A DNA stretch of 64,000 bases from Monocercomonoides exilis PA203 (GCA_001643675.2 LSRY02000023.1:744001-808000); one strand, 5' to 3'. Positions 48,206 to 62,800 are shown, counted from the first letter of the stretch. Numbers and translations: made by a program. The notes: a model not told the origin generated them from the sequence alone.

Positions 48206-50650
48206 CCATTAGTGCCAAACCCGGAACTGGCAAATTTTTGTGAAATTTGAAAAAATTTATAACTCATTGTTCATTAAGTCCACAGAGCTCGCTTTCGGGT
48301 CATTACTATATTTATTTTTATTTGCTAATATTTTTCTAATAAATACACAAAAATGCACATATTTATTTAAAATGTTATATTTGTCATATTTTTGAAAATT
48401 ACTATTTCTGAGATCGCTGCAGAAAAAGATAATCATCGAATCGAGCTTATTTTAATATCTATGAGTAAAAAATCAAACATATGGGAATTTTAATTCGTTA
48501 TTCGTTTGATGAAACATTTTTCATTGATTAGATCAATAACCATAAAGATGTGAAAGCAATTGGCATACTTGACTGCAGCTTAGAGAAGAAGTTTGCTTTG
48601 AATATTTCAAGAAGATTTTAATAATATTGTGTCTTTTATTTTATTTACAACAATTTTTTTAGTGAATGCACTTGTCAGAACCATGCTTTGATTGGGGTGT
48701 GTTTTTTTGGGGAGCAGGCTTTCAAAAAGTTTGATTACAGTTTGCTGTTTCTCAATTGTTGTATATTTTACAATTTTTTGTTTTGCGCAATTATTTGATT
48801 CTTCAAAAGCTAGTTTTTGAATGTTTTGTTTGACGCACATATTTGCTTGATTTTATCATTGCAAAGAATGTTACTGCATTTATATCTTCAGATATCTGTG
48901 CTGTAAACATTAACTACTATTTAATGTCAATTTTTTGAAAAGCAGAAATATATCTTTATCGATATTTTTAATATTTATTATTTTTAATAATTCTGTTATT
49001 TTTTTGAAAGATATTCATTTTACATGTTAATTTTGATGGAATCTGTTACGCACTTATTTATAGAATTTACTACATTTTTTTCATAATATTTTTATTTGTA
49101 TTTGATGAATAACACATCAGAATTATCTTATATGAATTTTGAGTGCTTTTTATATTTATTTAAAATGTGTGATTATTTTTGAAATCGTATTTCTTTTTTT
49201 AAAAATTTCGATGCAAAAATATTTCTGGAAAATCAATGAAAAAAACTGAAAAGAAAAAAGGCTAATTGAATGCATTTTAATCTTTGATTCGGAAAAATTA
49301 TTTGTTTGAAAAAACAATTATCATGCTTTTTCTCTTTTGAATAAAATATTTCTATCAAAAAACAAACAATCTCTGAAAAATCAACACCCCAAAAAAAGAT
49401 ATGATTTCAAAAATAGTCACACAAATATTTTAATATATTAACATGTTTTGAATTATTTATTAACACATAAACCATTTTGCAAAGCAATAGCTGTATATGC
49501 AATTTAAAATATTCTGTAAGAAAAACATTTTCCAATTTGCTCATTTAGTTAATAAGAATTAAACGCTATCGATGAACTCGATTCACATAAAGATAAGTTT
49601 TCATTATTCACTTTCAGTCCGTATTTTAAAATCAAATTAAATTTTAAATTAATATTGTAAATTTTGAAATGATTTAAATAAATATAAAAAACACTCAAAA
49701 TTCATATAAGATAATTCTGATGTGTTATTCATCAAATACAAATAAAAATATTATGAAAAAAATGTAGTAAATTCTATAAATAAGTGCGTAACAGATTCCA
49801 TCAAAATTAACATGTAAAATGAATATCTTTCAAAAAAATAACAGAATTATTAAAAATAATAAATATTAAAAATATCGATAAAGATATATTTCTGCTTTTC
49901 AAAAAATTGACATTAAATAGTAGTTAATGTTTACAGCACAGATATCTGAAGATATAAATGCAGTAACATTCTTTGCAATGATAAAATCAAGCAAATATGT
50001 GCGTCAAACAAAACATTCAAAAACTAGCTTTTGAAGAATCAAATAATTGCGCAAAACAAAAAATTGTAAAATATACAACAATTGAGAAACAGCAAACTGT
50101 AATCAAACTTTTTGAAAGCCTGCTCCCCAAAAAAACACACCCCAATCAAAGCATGGTTCTGACAAGTGCATTCACTAAAAAAATTGTTGTAAATAAAATA
50201 AAAGACACAATATTATTAAAATCTTCTTGAAATATTCAAAGCAAACTTCTTCTCTAAGCTGCAGTCAAGTATGCCAATTGCTTTCACATCTTTATGGTTA
50301 TTGATCTAATCAATGAAAAATGTTTCATCAAACGAATAACGAATTAAAATTCCCATATGTTTGATTTTTTACTCATAGATATTAAAATAAGCTCGATTCG
50401 ATGATTATCTTTTTCTGCAGCGATCTCAGAAATAGTAATTTTCAAAAATATGACAAATATAACATTTTAAATAAATATGTGCATTTTTGTGTATTTATTA
50501 GAAAAATATTAGCAAATAAAAATAAATATAGTAATGACCCGAAAGCGAGCTCTGTGGACTTAATGAACAATGAGTTATAAATTTTTTCAAATTTCACAAA
50601 AATTTGCCAGTTCCGGGTTTGGCACCAGGTTCCGGGTTTGGCACAAATGG
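48206..50650. repeat. Near-perfect ~960-bp inverted repeat (arms 48206-49164 and 49673-50650) with ~500-bp spacer; foldback/long-TIR element
   Basis: The arms are reverse complements, shown by identical 77-aa ORFs at 48607-48840(-) and 49997-50230(+). Termini CCATTWGTGCCAAACCCGGAAC. The right end has GTTCCGGGTTTGGCAC twice (50610-50625, 50629-50644). Confidence 0.9.
49167..49422 (+). mobile_element. ~255-bp MITE family B, TSD AAAT, in the spacer of the long inverted repeat
   Basis: GTGTGATTATTTTTGAAATCGTAT ... ATATGATTTCAAAAATAGTCACAC flanked by AAAT on both sides. Confidence 0.78.
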
Positions 50651-50725
50651 CAAATAAAAAAATAAAATAAAATAATAATATGTCAAAATTTTTTTGAAAA
50701 GCTCCTTATGTTTAATTTACAAATA

Positions 50726-50877
50726 GAATAAAAATTTCTTATTTCTCTCAAATTTCTGTTCCCATTCACCAGATTTCAGGAGAATGAATATAATATCATT
50801 ATCAAGAATTTGTTTCCATAACAGTTAAATTTGATCTATGGGAACAGAAATTTGAGAGAAATATTAAATTTTTATTC
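50726..50877. repeat. Short inverted repeat/hairpin
   Basis: 26-bp perfect arms at 50740-50765 and 50838-50863, extended by 50726-50737/50866-50877. Confidence 0.8.
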
Positions 50878-50921
50878 AATTTGTGAATTGAACAAAAGGA
50901 ACTTTTCAAAAAAATTTTGAC

Positions 50922-51235
<314 letters not shown>

Positions 51236-52522
51236 TGAATGTGGTGGAAATGTGCGTGTCATTCTTTTTGAAAAGTTCATTTTGTTTGTTTTTCAAGTGT
51301 TAAAATTACAGGAGTTTTTTTTTAATCAGTATTTATTTTTCCGTATGCAGATAATAAGAAATGTGTTTTGCTTCATTTTAACAAGATGATTTTTAACTGA
51401 ATTGTGAATGCATCAAAATTGTTTCAAAAGTCAATGTCCGAGATTAGCTTATGAAAAATATTTTCTTGAAATAGACATTCCACTTTTCAGTGTTCATTTT
51501 TAATTTTTTGCAACATATTTTCAAATCGGTGATTTTGATTGAAAAGATATGATTTAAAAAATAGTCATTCAGTTGAATATCAATAATTGTGTTCAATATG
51601 AGTGGAACAAAAGTTTCAGAAATGTTTATTTTATTTCAAAGTTTTTTCATCATAACTTTTTTGAAAAAAGGAGAGAAGGTTATATTCAGTAGAAAAATTT
51701 TGATCTTATTCTTTAGAAACAATTTGAACATTAGATGAATTGAGAAATAAAAAAAAATTTCGAAATTATTGGGTTATTTCAAAATTACACAATAATTTTG
51801 AAATTATCAATGGAAATTTTGAAATTTTTGGGGAATTTAGCAATTACTCAAGTTGACAAATTTTTTCTGTGAAAATATATATTATGCATATATATGAAGT
51901 TTTTCAAAGCATTTTGTCGAAAAATGTATTGATGTCTTTTAAATTATAATTTGTTGAAAAGACTTATGAAAATTATTTTTTAGTGATTAATTAAGATTAT
52001 TCAAATAAAACCTTTTAACACTGCTGATTTTTGATTAATTATTGGGAAAAAATCACAGGAAACTTCATTCATAACGATTTCAAATATTTTTGTTGCAGAA
52101 CTTCTTTAGAAAAAGAGATTCAAAGAACGCAAATTGAAAAAAAGATCTCATTGATGTATTTCAACAGCACAGCATCTTTTCTTCAATATATCTAAGTTCT
52201 TGCTTTTACAAAACTGCTATTTCACCTCTGTTTGTCTTCAAACTTCATGTTCTGCATTTTTCCATCGTTTTTCTTTATTTTTTTCTCATTATTAATTCTT
52301 TGCAAAATATAAATTCCACACAATTCTTCTGACAGTGCATTATAATCATTGATTAAAAAATAATTTTCTTATGCCACACGTTTTCCACATTCAGAGGCTG
52401 TCTATTCCGTATTAATTCATATTCATCGTATTTCTATCCATCGCGCATGTTAAGTTCAAAATAACTACCATAAATATTTGTAACAAAATATATTCTGGTT
52501 CTAATATATTTGTAAGGAAACA

Positions 52523-52972
52523 CAGTCTAAACCGGATATAATCACATCGGTTTTTGCACAACTTTTTGTGACTATATCCGATTGTGATTATACACGATGA
52601 CGCTTTACACAGAAAAATAAAAAAATTAATTTTTGAAATAATAAATTTTGGGTCGATTTTTTTATTTTTGAAAATTCTTCATCAAAACGCATTTTTCACT
52701 TGCGAAATTAATATTTTGCACAAATGCATATAATTTTGACTTATTTGAGCACATTTTTGAAAAAGCAAAATATTGAGATTTTTGATCAAAAAATCGATTT
52801 TTCAATGAAAAATCCACCCTTAATGAAAAAAACTGTGATTATATATTTTCTGCCCTGTGATTATATGCGATGAAAAATGAATGAAAAACAAGCAAAATAT
52901 GTCGATGCATGGAAAATTGTGACTATATACGAATGTGATTATATTCGACGTGATTATATCCGGTTTAGACTG
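52523..52972. mobile_element. 450-bp pogo/Tigger-like MITE
   Basis: 23-bp perfect TIRs CAGTCTAAACCGGATATAATCAC / GTGATTATATCCGGTTTAGACTG, repeated subterminal GTGAYTATA motifs, CA on both flanks. Confidence 0.85.
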
Positions 52973-53984
52973 CATTTGGCTCCCTTCCTAGCTGTTCTGC
53001 TCTGCAAAGAATAAATTGTTCATTTTAAATAAATTGTTTGAGTCACGACTTTGGGGAGGATACGGATGGAAACATCACAACAATCAATTGAATAATAAAA
53101 AAATACGAACGCCAAAAATTTCATATTCTCATCGAGAATATAGTTGCTCCGCAGCATTCCACAAATCAAAATGAACAACTTTTATTTTCAATAAATAAAT
53201 ATTGCTTTTGCAATGTCATCCTTCAAAGCGGCAATATTTCATTTAGTCAAACTGTCCTTGTTTATACCTCGGAATCTCATTCCGTTGATAGTTTCTGAGC
53301 ATTTGACATTTATTGATCATTCCCATCACATATTTTCTGCAAAAATATAAAAGAAGGCTCAGCTCTGTATTATGACTGAATGGGCATAAGAAGAGTTAAC
53401 AGGTGAATAAAAGGATGGATTTATTGTGCAGGGTGAAAAATTTTGGTAATTACGAACAAATAGGGTTTTATGGGGAATGAAACGATAAAATGTAATTTTT
53501 TGTGGAAAAGAGGTGTTTTGGGAGGTTTAAGAGACAAAATGGATATGTGGGAGACGGATTAAGATGGGGTTTTGAGGGGTTGTTGTTGAGATTTTTGTGA
53601 GATGGAAGGAGTGGGAGTTGTGTTTGTTATTTGAGAAATGGAATTTATTGTTGAGGAGGTGGGGCGAGGTGGGATATAGGTGTGGAAGATGTGTGGAGTT
53701 ACCCTTGGTGGAAAACCCGGGAGGTCGTGGAAAACCCGGTAGTTAAAAACAATCTGTAACGTCAATTTCTTTCTTCATTCTGGAACAATAATCTTTTATA
53801 ATTCCATTTGGATTAAGTTCTTCAAATTTTTGAGTTTATAAAAAGAGAAAACGAACAGATATAACATATTAATTATTGCAAGCTATTGATTGAAAATGCT
53901 TGAAATGTTTTGATTGATAAAAGAACAAATCTCAGAAAAAATTGAACTTTAAGGTCGGATGTTTAAAAATGAAAAAAACAGTTT

Positions 53985-55960
53985 TTATTTATCAGTTTTT
54001 TTCAGGTCCTCTGAATTTGAATCATCGTCTATAATTCTCCTTTTGAGCGAACTCCGCTTTGCTCTGGAATCCTTCGTTTCAATTTCTTCGCTATTGAACA
54101 CACAACTTATTTCATTTCCGGACATAAAATCATCATCTATCTTTTTTCTTCTTTGCCTTTTTATCTTTTTCTTCACACAAAGTGGTTCATTAATCGCTTT
54201 CTGTTCTTCTTTTTCAACTTCTTTGAAAACAGAACAGTTTTCTTTAATTTCTTCTTGTATCCTCGTTTCAGTATCATGCTTTTCATTGAATTTCTCCTTC
54301 ATTTGGCGATTTTCTTTTGGAGAAAATTCTTTGAATAAGCTTTTCTTCATGTTTTGAGAGCACAAAATTGATAACGTCGATTTTTTTTTGAAGATAATGG
54401 AGCACCGCGCATTCGATGCAACACAGGCACAGCAGCCACAGAATAAACACCTGTATTTAGGAAGGCTGTTTTCACAATAAAAGGAGATGTAGCTGCTGAC
54501 AAAGCTTCCGGCAAAACGTCTGCCAAGGCTTTTCTGAACGATGAAGTTGAGAAATTAACAGGTCTCACGAAAGAGTTTTGAAGCACTTGTTTTAATCTGG
54601 CAAATACACAATTGTCACAGGGCTGGAGGAGGTGTGTCATATTTGGGGGAAAATATTCGATGATCACATTGTTCTGTTCTGCAAACTTTTTGACTTTTGA
54701 ATTATGGTACGTTCGATGGTTGTCCAAAACAATGAGTGCTTTCTTTGATGTTGATGATTTTCGTTTTTCTGCTATCATAGGAATACACTCCTTTATCATT
54801 ATTTGTTGAAATATTTCCGTTGAAATCCATCCGGATGTGGATCCTAAATAATTAACGTTGAACGAAGAAAGAAATGAAAATTCAGAAGGTTTCTTTTTTC
54901 GTGGATATATGGGGGAAAATACGGACTTTCAAGCTTTTTTTGCACAAAGCACAAAATAATTGCTTTGCTCATAACTTTGTTTCGCTTTCTCAGATTTCAA
55001 AATAAATTTGATATACATATCAGAAAATAGGCATCGTTGAAATCAAAACTTAAAGTTTTCCAACATTTCACGAACGCCAAAAAATTAGCCCATTTTTTTC
55101 CAATTTTTTGATCTCAAACAGTTTATGAAAAGTGCATAATTTTCAATGAAAATGCCTGAAGTCAAAAAATTTTTCCCATATTAAAAAGAATGGCAGATGT
55201 GACCCATCTGCACAAATGCAAACACAAATTGTTGCATTTTCAGTTTACGGCAAAGATGATGGAGCGGGAGGTGTTTGATTTTTTAAACAAATGACAAGTT
55301 TTGTGGTTCCATCACCAACTCTGATGGAAGGTTCGTAGAAATTGAAGATATCTGTTGAATTAATTTCATTTGCTGTGATTATGGCAGACAACTTTTCGAA
55401 CCACACACGTATTGTTTCTGGGGATTGTGCACAAATCTTTGCTATTTCCATCGGCCTTGATATAGAAGCTTTCAAAATTGAGCTTCTTTTAATAAGATCA
55501 TATGAATATTATGAATTGACTTTCTTTTTTTCTTCTTCATTCTCTACTTCAGAATCGATCACTTCTTGTATCTTAATAATCAAAATAATTAAAAAATAAA
55601 ATAAAAAAGTCTGTAAACCATCGATTGAATATCCTTCAGTCGAAAAATTTATTGTTCTTTCAATAAAGCGATCGTTTGATTCTCCACCTTTTCAAGTTGA
55701 TTTTTGGTTATAATCGTTGGCCGTCCAGCTTTTCTGACTTCACGCTTTGCTTTGAAAGCAGCTATCCCTCTTGCCCATGCTCCGTTGGATATTGCATGCG
55801 ACACCATGGCAACCTTCCACGATAAAGAATATTTCTTCTTTATTTCGAAAACTTTCAGTGAAGGTGATGAAAACTGACGGTATTCGGAAGTTGCTAATAG
55901 TCGATGAAGAGAATTTGAAGATAATTTTTCTGATGATTCCATCATTATGTTTTTGATCAA
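53985..55960 (-). pseudogene. pogo/DDE_1 transposase, disrupted
   Basis: GRPT HTH linker, IFNFYEPS (expected first catalytic D replaced by Y), CICADGSHLP, SGWIS, LIVLDNH and FPPNMTHLLQPCD. In-frame TAA at 55247-55245, MITE insertion and frameshifts. Confidence 0.85.
54911..55177. mobile_element. 267-bp MITE inserted in the pogo transposase, TSD ATAT
   Basis: GGGGGAAAAT...ATTTTTCCC imperfect TIRs with ATAT on both flanks. Removing 54911-55181 restores HLPFFLIYPRKKKP in frame. Confidence 0.8.
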
Positions 55961-56392
55961 AAATTGAATTGATTGTATTGCAAAGTCTGAAAGAAATAGA
56001 AAGCTAAATATTTAACAATTTTTTTGAATTAATCAATCTTTCAAATTAATATCAGGTTTTTTTTTTTTATTATTGTTATTCTTTTTCGTGGTTTTTGATT
56101 TTTCTTCGGACGAACTCTCAACTCGAAGCAAACATCTGTAACAAAAAATATTGAAACAGAATCTCTTGTATTACAGGAAAAAGGCATTGACGAATATAAA
56201 ATTTCATTTTCAAGTCGAACAAACGGGCGTTTTCTTTTTTGAAACGGTTTTGAAAAACACAAACTACTGACTTTTCCACAAACTCCCGCTTTTTCCACCA
56301 AGGGTGATGAAATATATTTATTGGAGGGGAAGATGAGAGATGGAAAGGAAATGGATAAGAAATGGGGTGGATATATATATATCTATATATAT

Positions 56393-56632
56393 GGGTAATT
56401 CTTTTTGAAAAGTCGCAAATGTTTAATTTTCAGATAAATCAAAATTATAATATTTTGCTCAAATTTCTGTTTCTTCTAACGAATCTTCTTAAGAATGTTT
56501 GAAATAGCATTATCAATATATTGATTCCATGCTTGAGAAGTTTGGTTGATGTTAACAAAATTTTGAGCAAAATATGAAAATTTTGATGTAAAAGAAAATT
56601 AAACATTTGCGACTTTTCAAAAAGAATAACCC
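56393..56632. mobile_element. 240-bp MITE with ~80-bp imperfect TIRs, TSD ATAT
   Basis: GGGTAATTCTTTTTGAAAAGTCGCAAATGTTTAATTTTC ... GAAAATTAAACATTTGCGACTTTTCAAAAAGAATAACCC, inserted in an (AT)n tract. Confidence 0.8.
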
Positions 56633-59600
56633 ATATATATTTTCAAACGCACAGATATAGAGAGGGGGGATTCATATGAGGCGGAGCAAGGAGGAAAAGT
56701 TTTTGTGGATGTTTATTTGATAAGAAAGAGAAGTGGGGTTGAAAGAAAAAAATGAGAGAGATTTTTTATTAATATTTAAAATTATTATTGAATGGACAAT
56801 TTGGTCGCGCCTTGCATTTGCAGGGCAAGGGATAGATGAAGATACAGACTAAGACAGGAAGAAGGAACATCAGGTGCAACACTTTGCATTGGAAGTGTGG
56901 GGATGGATTCGTAACAGGGATGGAGCGAGGTGAAGGGCTGACCATGAGGGGGTGTTTTGCGCCAGAGACATACAAAGAAATGGAGATATTTATTTTTATT
57001 GGTTGGAAGAAGGGGAATGGGAGCTGGGGAGACAGGGATTGTGATATTTGGTGGGATGGTATTATTGTTGTTTTGGGGGGAAATGGAGAGAAGAAGAAGA
57101 AGATTTTGGCAAGAGATAGGAAGGGATTCTTTGGATGGAATCTTCTTCATTGCTTGTTTTTTTATGGAATGGAATTTGTGGAGGTTATTTGGGTGGAAAC
57201 AGAACAGAGGATTGAGCTTTTGTTAATATTTTAAAAAGAAGAAGAAGAAGAAAGAAAAAGTCAGCAAAAGGTGGTTATTGTGAAAGATATAGGTTTGCAT
57301 TTTTTTATTAATATTTTTTATCAAATGTTTTTATTTTTTATTATGAAATTAGGATTTTTGCAGGATTGCTCAATGGCAATGAATGAACAAGGAATATGTC
57401 AAGAGGGGATGTTGGATGCATTAAAGAAGTCAGAAAACAACAATTGAAGTGGCGCATGGAGGAGTGAGTGGGCGTGAAATATTAATGAAAGGAAAGGAAA
57501 CGAAGATAATTATCTTGAAGGCTTTAGAAGGCATATCGGACGAATCTTGTTAAAAGCCGAAAATGAGATCAAGGAATTGATGATGCAGCAGAAGAAGAAA
57601 TTTGGCAAATGATTGAGAAGTGGAAATGGAATTTTTGACGGCTTGAAAGAAGAGAGAAAAGAGGAACTGGTCTGTGGTGATTTCTTTTCTTGAGGCAAAG
57701 TTGACATAAGTTGAACTGACAACTGCCTCATTGAAAAGATACTAAGAAAATTTTGTTATCAAGATGATGTTCTTCTAATTTTCTCATCATTGAAAAAACA
57801 CCTATGCCCATGAAAATGCTGTCTCTGGGAATGTTTGAGCGGATGAAAGAAGATAAATGTGCCGAAGAAGAAGAAGAAGAGAAAGAGGAAGAGAAAGAAG
57901 CAACGAGATTTGCATAAATCTTAGGATGATTTTGTCAATCCTATTAGCAAAACATAATGCTGATTTATTATCAAAATGAAACTTTATTTTTTCTTTCCTT
58001 TTTTGAACTTTTTTCTTACGTTCACATTTTTATTCTCCATGAAATATTCATTATTGCGCAAAACATCAATATTTGAAATGTTTTTGAGTTTTAATTTGCT
58101 CTCTTCTTTCATATTTGATGTATTCTGTAGATATTTGCAAATCAGTAATTTTTAACCGTTTTATTGAAATTTTGAAATGTTTTGAATAATGACAATCATT
58201 TATTGTTCATGGAAACATTTCAGTAATCGTGTAAAACGTAAAATAATATTTTTTTTCCTTTACGATTGTCACAAAAATATAAAAAATGATATATTTCGCA
58301 TTATTTGTTGTTAAACGTTCTGAAATTTGTGCAAAACATATTTAATAATATTTGTGATAAATATACTGCTATTTTTGATTGATAAAATTTATTCGGGAAA
58401 AATTCAGATTTTCCAACAATTAATTTATAACTTGAAATTTGTTGGTGAAACTTAAAATAACTACCTTATTTTCAATTTATCTGAAAAATTTCAAAATTAC
58501 TTGATTATTTCAAAATAACATATACTAATTTCAAAATTATTCAATAATTTCAAAATTACACAAAAATTGTGCAATTCATCTATTAAAAGGGAAAAAATTG
58601 AATAATTTTTATTAATATTCTTTTTTAAACCATAAAGATCTCACTGAAGAGTATCTTTAAAAATAGTTCATCTTTGAAGGCAAATATCACCTTCAGAAAA
58701 GAAATGAGCAAATAAAAAGACAAATTCTGAACTTCAAATTTTGATAGCCCTCTTGAAATCCGCAGCTGTCATAGAGCATGAAAGAAATATCAAAAGGTTC
58801 AACAGAAATGAAATCTGTTTTTGTGTCACTTCTTTATTTTCTTTTCTCAGCTCTGTCAAGTCTCCGTTTGATTTTTTGCTCCTAAAAAGAATCCTCATTT
58901 TTTTGAATTCAGTTGGCCGTTCTTTGTGAAAAACATTATGTTTGCATATTGAAGAAGAAGAAGAAGAAGAAGAAGTTGAAGAATTAGTAAAATGCTACAA
59001 ATTAAAAAGAGAGAGTTGTCAAAGACTTCTAGCAAGTTGGATATTTGAGTATTTGTTGAAAACAAAGTTAACTTTGAAGATTGATCGAAATGATCAACGT
59101 TTCAGTGCAACAATCCTTCAATGTGTTTTTGAAAAAACTTCATTAAAACCGAAACTTTCAAACGTTCATTTCAACAATCTTTGAAAAGGAACGATGAGAC
59201 GTCTTTCGACAGCGCTCTGCCAGTTGAAATCATTGTTGGATGAATCCTTGCGTTCTACTTTCAACAATGCAGCAAAAAATATGTAATAAATATCTCATCT
59301 TGTTTTTTTAACAGATTTAATTGACGCGTCCTCTCCATAAATAACATTTAATTCCAGTAAAATGCTTCTGGAAGAAAAGAATTGCTTTGAAAAAATAGAT
59401 AGGTGCTTGCTCATTATCTTGTGGTTGCGTTTTAAGAGATGCTAACACTGATTTTCAACCTTTTGTGGCAATGCTTAAGTTACAAAATGAAATATTTGCT
59501 TCACATTCACGATATATTCGAAATAAAAAATAAAATACAAACAAACAAATGCATTCATCAATAATTTTTTGAAAAGAAAATACATCATTATACTCTGTCC

Positions 59601-59806
59601 AATTATTATCGAGCAAGTTAAAGAAAAAGCAGATATCATGAAATCTTCGCATTTTTTATTAACATTGATCACAATTAAAATCATAATGGTCTATTGTTTT
59701 CTTCGCAACAATAACTTTGAGGTGCTTTTGGAGCACTGATAAATATGACATTATTGCTAAAAAAAAGTGAAAGAAAAATATATCATAACCCATATTAATA
59801 AACAAA

Positions 59807-62800
59807 ATGAGTTTGCTGCTTTTGTTTGTCTGGATAGCCTTGTTAATCAGCTTTGAGATTGTTGACAAACATGAAACCAATGGTTTGAAATTTAATGCCT
59901 ATTCTCCAAATGAACATATTTTGGATCAAGGATTATCATGCGACCGCTCAGACGAAAATCATGGATTCTTTAATTTTCATAGCTTCAATGCAAATGATAA
60001 TGTGAATAAAGACAAGATCACCGATAAAGATGCTGAAGCACCTATGTTGATGCAAAAACGAAGTGATCATTTTTCAAAAGAAAAAAGAAGAGAATTAAAG
60101 GATATGGACAAACATGAATTAAATGAGAGTTGGCAGTTAAAGACAATTGGTGATTCAAAAAGAGTTTTTCGCAATCAAAGATCCACTGTGATGGCGATGG
60201 TCAATTTTGGAAATTCGAGTTGTGAAATGAAATATTTGTCCTTTTTCAAAGAAGAGAGAAGATCTCTCATGTTCATCAACGACTTATCCACAGTTCTTGT
60301 TCATTGTTGTTCAATCCATCAAAATGGAGCATCAAGTGATTATTCATTCACACTGAATGAAGGACATTTGATTCTGAGCAACACTTCTTATTTGAGTGCT
60401 GGATGTGCAGAAATTATTGAACCATTTGTTGGATGCGATAAAATGAGTTCTAAGTTTATGAAAAAAGACTTGAAAATCATTGATTCTGATTTTTCTTCAT
60501 TTTCCCTTGGGAAATCAACTTCTCTTTTGGCAAGTACAAACATTTGGAAAATATCAGTTTTCAACTGCCATTTTTCGAATATCTCACAAAGTGCAAGAAT
60601 CCAAAACAATCACTATTCGATGGGCAACTCGAAAAATGATTATTCTTTCACTGGATGTATTGTTGAGAAAGTGGATTCTCCACTTGGTGGAGGATTGGTC
60701 GAAGGGATGCATTCAGGATATCAACATTTCTTGGCATCGAATTCGAGTTATTTTCAATGCATTCGGAGAGAAAATGCAGATCCAGTGATTGGAAACAAAA
60801 CAATGAAAAGACAAGCAATCCCATCAGGTGATGCAACATTTGTGGATTGTGATTTCAATAACCTTTCAACCGAAAATTCATCAAGAGTTAATGGTGGTGC
60901 AATATTATTCACATCTTCAGGACTCTTAAATGTGTCACTGTGTGGATTTTATAAGTGCCATTCTTCTTGGTGTGGAGGAGCGATTTCTTCTCAAGGAGAT
61001 GGAAAGAAATCTGAAATTACATCATCCAGTTTTGAATCTTGTTCAGTAGAAGCTTCTGGTGGTTGTTTATATTTTTATTTTATTTCCTCATTTTCTGTAA
61101 AAAACATTAATTGTTCGAATAGTTTAGTAAAACATATGGGTGGAGGAATATTTATTGAGCACAATGTTAATCAAGGGATTGTTGAAAATTGTCACATTTA
61201 TAGCTGCAGAAAGAACACAACACAATACAACGGTGGTGGCTGTGTTGGATTATATAATCACGGAACTGCTGTGATTTCGGATTGCTCATTTTGTGGTGGA
61301 TTCAGCGAGAACAATGGAGCAGGAATTAGTTGGGATAACATCCCAGGAGAAAATGATTCACCAACTTTGTTTTGCTTTTTTTCGAATAACACAGCTGTGA
61401 ATCTGGGCCATGATGTTTATGTTGTTGAGGGATGGACAAGCATTAATGAAACTTCGTTTGTGCATTGCCGTTCAAGCACAAGTGCAAACAGCAATCGAGT
61501 GGTCAAAGGAGAAACAGAATACAATAATTGGATTCCAAAGATCTTCTTCAACCCAGTGTTTGTGAACTCAATGGAAGGACTGGATCACATGGCCTGTGGG
61601 TTTGTGAGGGCAGGAGATGAATACGGAAGGAGATGCAAAACAATTGAATATGGAATGAGTGTGCTGGATACTGATGGAAGCAGCAATGAAGTGATCATTG
61701 AAGTTGGGGATTATGAAGAAAACAGAATTGATGTTGGAAAAATGAAGATATCGTTTGATGGAAAAGATAAAACACAAGTGATTGTTCACAACAGATCACC
61801 AAATGGAGAATCGTTGGTGGTCATTGGAACAGGAATGGGAAGTTTCAGAAATATGACATTTGTTTGTGGAGAGAATCCATCGTCTCATCTGATGGAAGTG
61901 CTGGCAGAAGAAGGGAAGTTGAATATGCACGAGTGTGTGATCACTTCATTGACAAACGATGAAAACTGTGTATTATCAGCATCGCTAATGATCATCCAGA
62001 TGGGATCTGTCATTTTTGACTCTGTTGAGATCAGTGGAATATCGTTTTCATCAGTTCCTGCATTCGAGATCAGAGGAGAGCACTCATTATCTTTCCAGAT
62101 GAAGGGCTGCGAGGTTAATGGGATTTCTCGGATGAGTGGAGATGGGAGTGCGATTTGTGGGAATCTGGTGAATGGGATGAATGTGAATATTTCAGGGGGA
62201 ATGATGAGGAACTGCGAGTGTGAGGATGGGTGTGGAGGAGGGATGTGGATTCAGCTCAATGAAGGCTCACGGATGGAGATTGGGAATGTCTCAAGTGAAA
62301 GTGGTGATGAGAATGTTGATAATGTGACATTCAGCAATTGCAGCTGTGTGGGGAAGGGAAATGGAGTTGGGGGGTTTGGTGGAGCAATTTATCTGGATGT
62401 GTGTGATTGGAATTGTGCCTTTTGCATTCATTATGCTTCATTTGAGAATTGCCAAGCAGAGAAAGGGAACAACATATTTGTGAATGCACAGTGCTTGAGA
62501 GATGTTGTGAGCAAGGCCACATTTGGCTTTGAGTGTGAGGGCATGACAGACAGCGACTTATTGGGATTTGAGGATGGGTGCCGGGAGGAGTATGCACCAC
62601 TTCTTCCATTTTTGATGGAGGCTGGGGATGTTGGATTTGTGGGAGGAGAGAAAAGCTTGGACTTCAGCAGATGTGGAATGGAGCAGTATCCGTGCTCATC
62701 GATCAACAAAGTGGTTGAGGTGTGGAATGGGGATGAAACAAGAACAATCAGAATCAAAAATGGATTTGTGCTCCGTGAAGAGATTGTGATGGAAAGACAT

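Larger units (their letters stand above)
53702..56304 (-). mobile_element. pogo-family DNA transposon, ~2.6 kb, inactive
   Basis: Imperfect ~33-bp TIRs CCCTTGGTGGAAAACCCGGGAGGTCGTGGAAAA / TTTTCCACAAACTCCCGCTTTTTCCACCAAGGG, flanks TA and TG, DDE_1 transposase remnants inside. Confidence 0.8.

Noticed and set aside
48607-50230. Duplicated 77-aa ORF on opposite strands
   Set aside because: A consequence of the inverted repeat. It has no motif or coding signature.
56785-57150. Pif1/Helitron helicase remnant (HGQ and QGAT words)
   Set aside because: The motifs are weak and in the wrong order, in low-complexity purine-skewed DNA.
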